A DNA stretch of 62,787 bases, counting the filler, from Corallochytrium limacisporum Hawaii (taxonomy: Eukaryota > Protista > Pluriformea), in assembly GCA_002811645.1 (NCBI GenBank). It is 4 parts of 4 records of this genome, joined end to end, with 100 filler letters (N's around TTAATTAATTAA, not from the genome) between each part and the next. Parts side by side here need not be neighbours in the genome. Positions count along the whole stretch, not along the records: positions 29,225 to 38,582 come from PDIP01000082.1; positions 38,683 to 52,206 come from PDIP01000039.1; 2 more parts are not named here. One strand, 5' to 3'. The notes beneath the pieces are model-generated. The model had not been told where the DNA came from, did not search any database, and saw only the letters and a program-made list of their open reading frames with translations. Position 1 is the stretch's first letter; every line of letters begins with the position of its first letter. Positions 31,475 to 41,751 of this stretch are shown one piece after another. A program made the translations under genes and the position numbers.

Positions 31475-32850
31475 GAGAGATCTCGTGAGTGCAGGGCTTC
31501 AAATATGTTTTGTGCCGTCACCCCAGAGCGTCACCGTCAACTTGAATGTATTACTTGGTTTGTTCGTGCTTTCCCCCCTCCCTTATAAAGTCCTCGTGCC
31601 CAAATGTCAATCCATTGACTATCGAAAGCAATTAATGCGGGATAGCAGATGCAAAAACACTGCCACCCCCGGGTGCCTACGAAAAGAGAGTGCGCACAAC
31701 CGAGGGCCAAGGAAAGGACTACTATTTCAGTATTGTACTACATTCTCTTCGTCGCATTCTTTTCTCACATGAATCCCTGACCACTAGATCTGAAATTTAG
31801 ATATGCCCACCTCTTCTTGGCGATATTTATGTGATAAGCTCAAACCAATTCAGTGTTTCTGGATCTCTCCTCGTACTCAGTCTTTGCCGTCGCTCACCAA
31901 CAACACCGTCCGCAAGATAATCGAGTATGCGAGATTTGCGAGATGCATAGGTGATCAGAACCTGCAATAGCGCCAGGGGGGGTTGTCCACGTACGTCCAG
32001 CTATGAACCGCAATACGCATCTCATCCAAACAGAGATTTCGCGGTTAGATTTTTCATGATTGCAAGTGCAACCTAAACAGATAGGCTTGTACACTAGAGC
32101 ATGGGACCGAATGGGGAGGTTATGATTTCTTCAGTGTTATCACTGCCAGATGTGGCAAAGGGGTAAAACTTTAATGCAGATTGATAAAGTGGGATAGCGA
32201 GGGAAAAATCTACTGGCTTAAATAAGCTACGTCCCAACATTGGCTATCAAAAGGCCAAAGTGGCCCAAATAACGGTGGTCGCTCACAGGCAAGACGGAAT
32301 TCTCTTGGGCATATAATTCTGCTGAAAGATGTCCTTCGGACACACCTCCCATTTTTGCTTTATCACCCTGGGCACCCATGCGCATACTACATTGAATTGT
32401 CCCTGGGGGATATAATCTACTATCCCATTGCGGGGAGGAAATTTGGACAGTTGGACCCCTATATATGTCCGCAGTTCAGGGCGAATCGCCCTCACGGATC
32501 CGTGGCACTGCCAGCCAAGGTCACGGCATAAGTCAGGAGACGATTGAATGCATCTGCACAAGGCCAATATAATTGTATCCGCCTGAAGGGCGTACTAGGC
32601 TTGTGTGCCTGAGTTTCGGACGTCCTTCCATTGTCCAACGACAACAACATGGAGGACGACCGGGAAACGCCAGGTCTTCGGGTTTCCTGTTCTCAGATAA
32701 ATTGGAGAGTTCAGGGCCAAACCGTGACAAACCACGATTCGAATACGGTCTCAATCAGTTGCCCTTCAGCCCATTCTAAGAACCAAAACTAAACACCGAT
32801 AGTTTCGCATCTGGAGTCCCTCTATCTTACATTAATGTATACTAGTCCAC

Positions 32851-33879
32851 TTATTGCTTGACAGACCAGTTGAGAGTCTCACCAGCTCGGTACGGAACAA
32901 CTGCGTCACCTCCATTGCCATAGGGGTACTCCTCAGGGACCCTGCATGGCTGCCGTACAAGAGTCACTGTACCTTCAAGGGGCTTCACATCATAGAAAGT
33001 CGAACCGAAAGTGCTCGTGAAGTCCTGGAGTTTGTCAAGGCATCCCAATCGCTCAAAAGTATCGGCCAAGTAACAGAGTAGGTGCGGTGTGGTAAACACC
33101 CCAGCACATGCAATCTTGGCCTCCTTGTCGCTCTTAGGATGGGGTGCGGAGTCACTGCCGAGGAAGAACTTAGGATTACCTGATTTCACAGCCTCCTGAA
33201 GGGCCTTGCGATCATGTGGATGCTTCGCAACTGGTTTGCAAAAATTGTGATTCCTACCGGCCCACATATCAATGAAAAGGTCAAGATGATGCGCGGTGAT
33301 TGTACAGGCCACATTCGGGCCCAGTCTCTTCACACACTCGACAGAGTCTGCAGTTGTGGCGTGCTCAAGGACCATCTTGAGATTGGGGAAGTCCCGATGC
33401 AATTGCTCCAAATGTGGCAGAAAGGCCGCTTCCGCCGATAAAACGCAGATATCCTGGTCGGCATCAGTTGGAATCTCTCCATGGAGGTTCAGAATCATGT
33501 TGCATTCCTCCATAGCCTTAAATACTGGGTAATATGTCTTGTAGTCTTCAATGCCCTGCTCACTTCCTGTGGTAACTCCACGGGGGTACGATTTGACGCA
33601 CTTGATACCCTTGTCAGCTGCATCCTTGATCACTTCTGGAGACAGTTCTGGCCCAAGGTATAGACTCATGATATATTCGACATTTGAATCGATAGCCTTG
33701 AGCTGATTACGATAATTTACACACGCAGCAACCGAAGTTATCGGTGGCTTAAGGTTGGGCATGACTTGAACGCGTCCCATTCCACTTCGGGCCAGCATTG
33801 GGACGACCAACTCTGTGAGGTCTCCCTGTCTGAGGTGAGTGTGGAAGTCTGAAGGTGTTGGGATTGTAAGCTCTTGCAT
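32851..33879 (-). CDS. URA4: Dihydroorotase, homodimeric (PyrC/URA4 type)
   Basis: DFHTHLR, MPNLKPPIT, KSYPRGVTTGS, LNLHGE, LEHATT, TITAHHL, FCKPVAK, FFLGSDSAPH. Probable start MQELTI at 33879 (342 aa); the upstream extension to 34098 looks non-conserved. Confidence 0.96.
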   Translation of the reverse strand: MQELTIPTPSDFHTHLRQGDLTELVVPMLARSGMGRVQVMPNLKPPITSVAACVNYRNQLKAIDSNVEYIMSLYLGPELSPEVIKDAADKGIKCVKSYPRGVTTGSEQGIEDYKTYYPVFKAMEECNMILNLHGEIPTDADQDICVLSAEAAFLPHLEQLHRDFPNLKMVLEHATTADSVECVKRLGPNVACTITAHHLDLFIDMWAGRNHNFCKPVAKHPHDRKALQEAVKSGNPKFFLGSDSAPHPKSDKEAKIACAGVFTTPHLLCYLADTFERLGCLDKLQDFTSTFGSTFYDVKPLEGTVTLVRQPCRVPEEYPYGNGGDAVVPYRAGETLNWSVKQ

Positions 33880-34846
33880 GATGGCTGTAGTACTTTGTCT
33901 ATATGCTTGTCTACCAATTGCAAGACTTATGGATCTTCGCCAAGTTTGCGCTAGTTGCATAACATAATGTAGTGGAGTTTCCGAGAGCGTAGCACGGAAA
34001 CCAGCATATCTTGCTTTTTCATTGCTTCTGAAAAGCATGTTTGTAAATAGTTGGTATGCGCATTGCTTACCGAAACTGGTTTTGCGGTTCCTAGACATTC
34101 CCGTTGGGTTTAACCACTACCACCCAAACTCCTCTCAATGGAGCCCACGTTTCCAGATTTCGCATATCCGCCTCATTGCAGCAGGGCGACTTGACACCTG
34201 ATTACAACACTGTACCCCTTTAAATATGTAATTAAATTGAATTGAATAGTAGCGTTGTCCCCGTCGAAAACCACACACATTGTATACGCGTTGCAAAAAA
34301 CACACACAATATTTTCACTCATATTCCTTCGTCGACATTCCTGCCAGGAAGCAAACTTCAAACGAAAACATATCAATTTATTCAGTTTCCAATGGTTCGG
34401 TTTTTAGTACTTACAATATATACTTTTTGGGTATCGTCCTGGATACGTAGAAAATATACTAGAATGCAATCTTTTCCGTAGAGAATGAACTGCCGTTGGC
34501 CGGTCGCATGGCCAGCCCGGTATCGGAAAGGTCTATGTGAGAGCTCTCAATACAAGAGTGAACAAAAGGGGGGGCAGTAGATTGACTACCACAAGGGATA
34601 CCTTGCCGATGTGAAAAGCTGTGAGTTTTAACTACCACACCATTATGAGAATGGTGGGTGAGTGTTTCAGCATGGGCTCATCCAACGAGCTAGTCTACTC
34701 GTCTGAACAACTATGATCCATTATCCAACCAATAGAGCATCGAAACTATTTCAGGGAGGACTGTAAAGATATTTGACGGTTATTTGCGAGAATCATTAGT
34801 ATTGTCATTACGGGTACTCAAGGCTAAGTTTATATAATCTACAAAA

Positions 34847-35578
34847 ATGGCACCCGCTAAGGTCCCCACTGTGCCCGAGTCGGTTCTGAAGAAGCGCAAG
34901 GCCGTCGAGAAAGCACGCGCTCAAAAGGCTGCCGAGCTGGCTGAGACTAAGAAGGCTAACAAAGCCAAGCGTCGTGAAATTTTCAAGCGGGCTGAAAAGT
35001 ACGTGAAGGAGTACCGCAACCAGGAGAAGGATGAGATCCGTCTTCGCCGCGAGGCCAAGAAGGTCGGTAACTTCTACGTCCCTGCTGAGCCTAAGCTTGC
35101 TCTGGTTGTCCGTATTCGCGGTATCAACGGTATGGCTCCCCGCACTCGCAAGATTCTGCGCCTGCTCCGCCTGACCCAGATCAACAATGCCGTCTTCGTG
35201 AAGATGAACAAGCCCATGGCTAACATGCTCCGTCTGGTTGAGCCCTACATTGCTTTCGGATACCCTTCTCTGAAGACTGTCCGCGAGCTTATCTACAAGC
35301 GTGGTTACGGAAAGTCTGAGGGCAAGCGCACTGCTATCCAGGACAACAAGATCATTGAGCAGGCTCTGGGTGAGAAGGACATTATCTGCGTCGAGGACCT
35401 TGTCCACGAGATTTACACTGTGGGACCAAACTTCAAGCAGGCCAACAACTTCCTATGGCCTTTCCAGCTGAATTCTTCCCGCAAGGGTCTGCGCCTTAAG
35501 CGCCGTCACTTCATTGAAGGTGGTGACTACGGTAACCGCGAGCACCTGATTAACGAGCTGGTTGCCCGCATGAACTAA
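34847..35578 (+). CDS. RPL7: 60S ribosomal protein L7 (uL30)
   Basis: [62 protein letters not shown]; strong codon bias; AAAATG start. Confidence 0.99.
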   Translation: MAPAKVPTVPESVLKKRKAVEKARAQKAAELAETKKANKAKRREIFKRAEKYVKEYRNQEKDEIRLRREAKKVGNFYVPAEPKLALVVRIRGINGMAPRTRKILRLLRLTQINNAVFVKMNKPMANMLRLVEPYIAFGYPSLKTVRELIYKRGYGKSEGKRTAIQDNKIIEQALGEKDIICVEDLVHEIYTVGPNFKQANNFLWPFQLNSSRKGLRLKRRHFIEGGDYGNREHLINELVARMN

Positions 35579-35970
35579 GCTGTTTCATCTTGTCTTTTTT
35601 CACACTACCATAGCATATCATTCAACATCTCTTTTCAAACTTAGATTGCTCAACATCCATCGATGGTCCATCGCACAAAGTCATGCTACCTGCGGGTATT
35701 GTTTGGTATTTGAAACTCTTCCTTTTTCGTATTTGGTTGTAGTTCAAAGACGAATGGGAAGGTCACACATTGTACCGCATTCCGGGGATCACGGCTTGTG
35801 AATGCCATCAACACCTTTACATGCATGTTCAGATCGTTCCACCTACTTACCTGGAAGATCTAGTATTAAATAATAAAACGAATCATTTAAGGTTTCATAC
35901 TTCTATGTCATGAACTCTGTATGGTCTGTGTTGAAACTTGGCTTTAACCTGGCTGCCTATGAAAAGATAC

Positions 35971-37059
35971 TCAGGATGGGGGTGCACAATGTCCTACTTC
36001 GCCACTGATGGATCCATAGAAGACATGGTTGTACACAGATGACGCGGTAGCAACAGAGAGACCGACCGAACTTGCTGCGATCTGACGGAACTGCAAAACT
36101 TCAGCTTTGCCCAGGGACGGGACTCCAATGCACTGCAGCACCAAGCCGCTGTTGCAAGCAAGAACGGCACAATCTTCGACTTCCTGGTCAATGGTAATAT
36201 CACACACAGTTTCCTCGCAGAAAGAGACTAAGCGTTCCACAGGGTTGCCGTTGACGATTTCGTAGACTGCTAGGCACCCTCGTCCAGCGAGCTCTCCTGC
36301 TACCAAAACGATGGAACTGTTGGTGTTTAGCTGAACAAAGGAGGTGATCTGCAACAGTTGTCCGTCCTTAGTTCGCTGATCAAACCACGTAACACTGGTG
36401 GAAACTGGTGATTTTTCGCTCGTCGATGTTAAGGACCCCGAAGATAGTATTCCCAATTTTCCCAGGCTGCTCAGAATAAGAATCACTCCATTGCTGCCAA
36501 CCTTGGCATCAAGCAAAGAACAACTCAGGTGGACAGACTGCGATTCCCAGACGGAGTTCGGAGTGCGATTAGACCACTGCTTCAGACTTAGCGATACGAC
36601 GCGACCGTTTTGGCAACCAACTAGGAGTGCCGTACCATTACATGATACAGATACAACTTGCTCACCCTGGAGATGAGTCAGGGTATCTACACACTCCCAT
36701 GTGTAGTTCTCTCCTACCACAATGTCGTATATGCTGAGTACCCCGTTGCCATCAGCTGCAACGAAAGCATGGCCCTGCTTCAGGGCACAAACCGCAACAA
36801 TACTGTCTGTCGACCGCCATTCCTGTGAGACACCCAAGGTGTCACTACGTGTGTCGTAATATGCAATGAATAATGCTACGGGTTGCACGTGAAGATTGTC
36901 TGCCACAATATCGCGGTGATCAATAGCACTTCTTGTGCCGTACACGGTGAAGCGCAGAGTTTCTTCTCTCCGCGAAGGAAATGCATCGGAACACGTTACA
37001 GCACTGTCCATCCATAAGGTGGCAGTCCCAGTGTTTGGATGAGATGCGGTAGCCAGCAT
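35971..37059 (-). CDS. Divergent WD40 beta-propeller protein, possibly nucleoporin Nup43-like
   Basis: 362-aa ORF with repeated blade patterns: FVAADGNGVLSIY, LLVGCQNGRV, ILSSLGKLGI, GCLAVYEI, VFYGSISGEV. Order and length resemble Nup43 as recalled; unverified. Confidence 0.65.
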   Translation of the reverse strand: MLATASHPNTGTATLWMDSAVTCSDAFPSRREETLRFTVYGTRSAIDHRDIVADNLHVQPVALFIAYYDTRSDTLGVSQEWRSTDSIVAVCALKQGHAFVAADGNGVLSIYDIVVGENYTWECVDTLTHLQGEQVVSVSCNGTALLVGCQNGRVVSLSLKQWSNRTPNSVWESQSVHLSCSLLDAKVGSNGVILILSSLGKLGILSSGSLTSTSEKSPVSTSVTWFDQRTKDGQLLQITSFVQLNTNSSIVLVAGELAGRGCLAVYEIVNGNPVERLVSFCEETVCDITIDQEVEDCAVLACNSGLVLQCIGVPSLGKAEVLQFRQIAASSVGLSVATASSVYNHVFYGSISGEVGHCAPPS

Positions 37060-37656
37060 GAGTTTGGTTTACAGTCAATGGTCTTCGCTTGACGTCTCTG
37101 ATCTATTTCAATGACACAACAGCAGGATCCTTCCCTCCGTTGGACATTCTATTGTCTGTATATTTACACTTTAGGTCCAAGTTCTCCTATCCCAAGGTCT
37201 CATCGGTAAGGACTTGAGTACTCAAACTTTAAATATGTTGTACTCCGTGACACAGGAGTCTTTGAATGTTTTCGGCCCTTTAACACTCCTTCCACAGACC
37301 GACCGAGAGGAGGCCCATATGAAAACACCGTGCCCGCGCGCAATGGCATGCACCGCACCCAACCCCCCCCCCCGGGGGGGGGGGGGGGNNNNNNNNNNNN
37401 NNNNNNNNNNNNNNNNNNNNNNNNNNNNCCCCCCCCCCGGGGGGGGGGGGGCGGGAGGGAAGCCGGTCTGAAGGGCGACGAGTTGCGGGCATCTTGAGCC
37501 TTATGACCGTGATCGAGGTGGGTGACTACACCAGTGTTCTCACCAAGTTCTGACCTTGGTGCTATACTCGGACGGGCCAAGCGCACCTCTCGTTTTGTAG
37601 CATTTATCGATAACACATTTATCCAAAGGCTGTTCTAATTCTACAGCATCGATGGT

Positions 37657-38301
37657 TCATGCACCTTCCGTAAACAGGCTCTCGTCAATATCACCGTCCT
37701 GAGCATACGCCGCTGCCTCGGATTCTTCCATCTTCTCTTTGTTGGTCAGCCACATATCCTTTCCAGTAACACGCTTGGGGTCCTGTTCAGCTTTCAGGCC
37801 CCTCTTTTCTCTCATTTCACTTGTGAATTTCCTCAGCCATTCTCTGAATGTCTCCGCCGTGACCGGTGTGCCTACGAAGCGCTTATTCTCTTCTGCTTCC
37901 CTGCGCTCAAACTCTTCCTGAACTCTGCGTTCGTGGTCCTCCTGGAGCCTTTGCAGTTCAGCATCAAACAGCTCTTTTGCGTGGGCACACAATTGGAACA
38001 CCATGGCCATGCCGATCAGTCCGGTGCCTTCGTTTTCTATCCCAGCCATGATGGTGGTATGCCCTCCATCGAGCAGCTCACAGCCCTGTACAGCAGCTTC
38101 AATTTCAGGAAGGACGTTTGGATACTCGCTTGGGAACTTGAAGGTCAGCAACAGGGTTCCTTGAATGTCATCATCGGTCTTCTCTCCTTGAAGATGGACT
38201 TCAAAGCTGATGGGCTCTTCTTTAGACACATTATGCAGCTCTTCTGGGTAGATTGACTCGAGAGCTTCCAGTTCCATGAGCTGTTCTTCCAATGGATCCA
38301 T
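37657..38301 (-). CDS. RWDD1: RWD-domain protein RWDD1/GIR2 (DRG2 partner)
   Basis: EEQLMELEALESIYPEE, YPNVLP, GMAMVF, coiled coil, GTPVTAETFREW, TGK, IDESLF. Start MDPLEE at 38301. Confidence 0.93.
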   Translation of the reverse strand: MDPLEEQLMELEALESIYPEELHNVSKEEPISFEVHLQGEKTDDDIQGTLLLTFKFPSEYPNVLPEIEAAVQGCELLDGGHTTIMAGIENEGTGLIGMAMVFQLCAHAKELFDAELQRLQEDHERRVQEEFERREAEENKRFVGTPVTAETFREWLRKFTSEMREKRGLKAEQDPKRVTGKDMWLTNKEKMEESEAAAYAQDGDIDESLFTEGA

Positions 38302-38582
38302 CCTTACAGTTTTCCGTGTACGCAGCCAGCCCAGCCAAACATGGTATGACCAAGCATTAGAATGGACAGTCAAAGTCTTCAAGGAAGGACACAAAAGATA
38401 CCCATACAAGGATAAATGCAGCTTCTTCTAGTACCAAATACAAACAGCACTGAAAACAGCTGTAGGGAAGATCCATGCGACGGCCGGGGGATTCAGGGAA
38501 GGAAACCGGCCCCGGGTCCCTGTTAGAGTCCTCGGTCTCCCAAGCTGTGAAGCCCCCCCCCCCCCACTTTGCACTCCCTTCA

Positions 38583-38682
38583 NNNNNNNNNNNNNNNNNN
38601 NNNNNNNNNNNNNNNNNNNNNNNNNNTTAATTAATTAANNNNNNNNNNNNNNNNNNNNNNNNNNNNNNNNNNNNNNNNNNNN
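38583..38682. other. Artificial scaffold join (N44-TTAATTAATTAA-N44)
   Basis: Linker at 38627-38638 within Ns. Confidence 0.95.
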
Positions 38683-39204
38683 GGGGGGGGGGATGGAGCA
38701 TTTGGGAAGGGTGGGCGGGAAACGGGTCTCGCATTGAGACCTCTCCCCTTCCTCTGCCAGCTACTGCGGCACATTCACTGCTACTGAACCCCATGCCCCG
38801 ATCCGCATCCCAAACGCAGTTTTTAAATATTTCGGTATAACTTTTCTAGCAGGCCCGGTAATTGATATACGGACTATTCTGCGAACGGCCACGGTGTTTG
38901 CTTGAAATGCACTTCGGTTCATTCACTATTGAATCCGACACCGGAGCCAATCACCGATCTTGGTTCCTCAGCTCTGTCCATAGAGAGGGCGGTCGGGGAA
39001 AATACATGGATGTCCTGGTACTGACAGTACTGGCACTGCCTGTTTTCAAATTTTCGGGCCCGTTAGGGCGAGTAAAAAGCCATAGGGCGAAGCCACGGGA
39101 GGGAAAGTTGTCAAGCCAATCCTCGTTGCGATTGACTGGTCCGCTTGGTCTATGGAGGCTACCACAACTATACTGAGTATATCGATTTTTACGCAGTTGG
39201 GATG

Positions 39205-39296
39205 GTGAGTTTGTGTTTTCCACTTTGTTTTCTGAATTGGTGGAGGCGCTCTGACATCATGGGACGCGTTCATGTGTCCTTGTTTTGCTGTCGCAG
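39205..39296 (+). other. Candidate spliceosomal intron in the WDR1 5' leader
   Basis: Donor G|GTGAGT at 39205, branch-like CTGAC at 39251, pyrimidine-rich tract, CAG at 39294-39296 (tandem CAGTAG); 92 nt, ending about 125 nt upstream of the WDR1 ATG. Confidence 0.45.
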
Positions 39297-39422
39297 TAGT
39301 GTGGGTCTGCGGAACCGGGTCTATCTTGGTATATCAGACAGCTTTGTGGTCCACATTCTCGATGGAGACGTGTTGCTCTCAAGTAGACTATATAGTATCG
39401 TAGGGATTACAGCGTGAGAACT

Positions 39423-41222
39423 ATGTCCGCAGAACCTGGCGTCATCTATTCGGCCCTGCCGCATACCGTGCGTGGTGAACCCGCTTTCATCAGTGCTCAC
39501 CCCAAGGGTGAGACAATCATCTACCCGGTGGCACAGACGGTTGTCATACGCAAGATCGATGACACCACAGATACTGATGTGTATCTAGGTCATGCACACC
39601 AGGTAACAGCTTGCAAGTACGCGCCCTCGGGATTCTACATCTGTTCCGGTGATGCTGCTGGTAATGTTCGCATCTGGGACACTACTCAGAAGGAGCATAT
39701 CCTCAAGGCTGAGTTCCGTCCCATCACTGGTTGCGTGCGTGATATTGCCTGGAGCCCGGACAACCAACGCATCATTGTTGCTGGCGAGGGCAAGGAGAGC
39801 TTCGCCACTGTGTTCATCTGGGATACCGGTAGTACTGTGGGTACCATCGAGGGCCATCAGAAGCAAATCCTGAGCTGTGACTTCAAGCAGACACGACCTT
39901 TCCGCATCGTTACGGGTGGTGAAGACAACTTTGTAAACTTCCACGAGGGTCCCCCGTTCAAGACAACCAAGGTCAACAAGGAACACACTCGCTTCGTTAA
40001 CGCTGTCCGCTTCAGCCCCGATGGAGCGGTAATGGTCAGTGGTTCCTCTGACGGCAAGATTCTGAAATACGACGGCAAGACCGGTGAGAAGACTGGCGAG
40101 ATCGGCTCTCCTGCCCATAAGGGTAGTGTCATGGGACTCTCTTTCAGCGCAGATGGTAAGCAGCTGCTCAGTGGCTCCGCCGATAAGACCGCTAAGATCT
40201 GGGACGTTGAGAGCGGTGAGTGCAAAACCACCTTCGAATTTGGTACCACTGTGGACGATATGCAACTGGCTGCCCTGTGGACTGGCGACAATGTCATCAC
40301 CGTAGGTTTGAATGGGTCGGTCTTCTATCTTGATCCCTCCAACCCTGGTACCCCCAAGAAGGAGCTCAATGGACACAACAAGACTATCACCGCCCTGTGC
40401 AGTGACGGCACCAAGATCTGGAGCGGCTCTTACGATGGCAGATCTTGCGTATGGAACGCCGAGGGTGCCACCGCACAGAAAATTGCTGGCAAAGGACATG
40501 GCTCCCAAGTCAGTGCCATGGCACGGAGCGCCGGTGGCATCGTGACCGTAGGATTCGACGATTCCTGCCGTTTGGTAGGAAGCAACGATGAATTCATTGG
40601 CGATGGAATGAAGCTGGACTCCCAACCTAAGGATGTGAGCTCCTTCCCGGAGCTTGACGTTGCTGCCATTGCTTGTACGGATCGCATTATGGTCGTCAAG
40701 GTCGATGGCAGTGGTGTTGTTGCTGAGCTGAAGGTGGACTGGGATCCCGAATGCTGTGCCATTAAGCCTGGTGGTAAGGTTGTTGCTGCCGGTGGTCGGG
40801 ACCAGAAGATTTATCTGTACAACATTGAGGGCTCCACTCTGACCCAGGTGAAAACCTATGCAACCAAGAGCGGTGTGGCTTGCATGGCCTTCAGCCCCGA
40901 TGGTCGCTACCTGGCTGCTGGTGACGGCGCCCGCAACGTCTACTGCCTCAACGGTGAGTCACTAGAGGTTGAGAAGAGCGGATGGGTGTTCCACTCTGCC
41001 AAGGTTGCCACCCTTGCCTGGGCTTCAGACTCCACTCAACTTGCCACTGGTGGTCTGGACCGCAATATTTTTGTCTGGAATACTGAGAAACCGACCAAGC
41101 GCGTGCAAATCAAGAACGCCCACGCTGGTAACGTCAAGAGAGTCACCTGGCTCAATGACGGTACTATTCTGTCCACTGGTGAGGATTGCTGCATTCGCTC
41201 CTGGAAGATCACACCTCCTTGA
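39423..41222 (+). CDS. WDR1: Actin-interacting protein 1 / WD repeat protein 1
   Basis: P.TVRG, KYAPSGFYICSGD..GNVRIWDTTQKEHILK.E, DTGSTVG.I.GH.K, RPFRIVTG, GPPFK, HTRFVN.VRFSPDG, W.FHSAKV, IKNAH. ATG at 39423 (track start is GTG). Confidence 0.98.
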   Translation: MSAEPGVIYSALPHTVRGEPAFISAHPKGETIIYPVAQTVVIRKIDDTTDTDVYLGHAHQVTACKYAPSGFYICSGDAAGNVRIWDTTQKEHILKAEFRPITGCVRDIAWSPDNQRIIVAGEGKESFATVFIWDTGSTVGTIEGHQKQILSCDFKQTRPFRIVTGGEDNFVNFHEGPPFKTTKVNKEHTRFVNAVRFSPDGAVMVSGSSDGKILKYDGKTGEKTGEIGSPAHKGSVMGLSFSADGKQLLSGSADKTAKIWDVESGECKTTFEFGTTVDDMQLAALWTGDNVITVGLNGSVFYLDPSNPGTPKKELNGHNKTITALCSDGTKIWSGSYDGRSCVWNAEGATAQKIAGKGHGSQVSAMARSAGGIVTVGFDDSCRLVGSNDEFIGDGMKLDSQPKDVSSFPELDVAAIACTDRIMVVKVDGSGVVAELKVDWDPECCAIKPGGKVVAAGGRDQKIYLYNIEGSTLTQVKTYATKSGVACMAFSPDGRYLAAGDGARNVYCLNGESLEVEKSGWVFHSAKVATLAWASDSTQLATGGLDRNIFVWNTEKPTKRVQIKNAHAGNVKRVTWLNDGTILSTGEDCCIRSWKITPP

Positions 41223-41517
41223 ACCGAATGCGTAACGACAAACTTCCCCTTGCCATGGTGTGTAGGTATCATGAAGAGATAACGAATTAAAACCTCAAAT
41301 AGAAGGATGTGTTTTTTTTGTAGCAACCAATTCGCTATGACCAGTTTGGCTTTCCCTGTTATCAGTGCCGCTGGTCAGCCCCCCCCCTTTTAACACTGTC
41401 GGCGTGCCTCAAGCGCCAAAGATTTAGATTTCCTTTATCCAGACCCCCTGCCTCGTCCTTGCCCCACCAAAGGAAAAACGAGGGGGGAGGAGGGGGGCGG
41501 GGGTCCCTCGTTACATT

Positions 41518-41575
41518 GGGTCTCACAATTCGAGTCCCAGGCAAATTACGTAAATCCCGCAGACCGCGGCGGTCT
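41518..41575. promoter_or_regulatory. GGGTCTC-N7-GAGTCCC palindrome plus everted AGACCGC-G-GCGGTCT palindrome upstream of the SQ/TQ gene
   Basis: Read directly; same half-site and 7-nt spacer as the MLH3 promoter element (21366-21386). Confidence 0.4.
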
Positions 41576-41751
41576 CATCTGCCACTGGACATGAACGACA
41601 GGTATTTTGGGGCGAGCGCACTGAGATAGCCTTCTATGACCTGTACTTGGTGATGCTAATTAGGAGGCTCTGTTGAGGATACTTTGTAGAACCGATGAAA
41701 GTGCTAACCCGTGATTTGGAGATCGAGAACATGAATCAGACGTCCTAGACC

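Noticed and set aside
32478-32504. Two adjacent short palindromes AGGGCGAATCGCCCT and CACGGATCCGTG
   Set aside because: No second copy, terminal CTAG or other context to support a Helitron end or structured RNA.
33880-34098. N-terminal extensions given by the ORF track for URA4 (also RWDD1 38302-38409, MLH3, NCKX, WDR1)
   Set aside because: Non-conserved-looking sequence or non-ATG starts; downstream ATGs coincide with the family N-termini.
39585-40625. 346-aa antisense ORF (also 34808-35407, 7347-7961, 12721-13419, 22892-23458)
   Set aside because: Shadow ORFs opposite strongly codon-biased real genes; no recognisable motifs.
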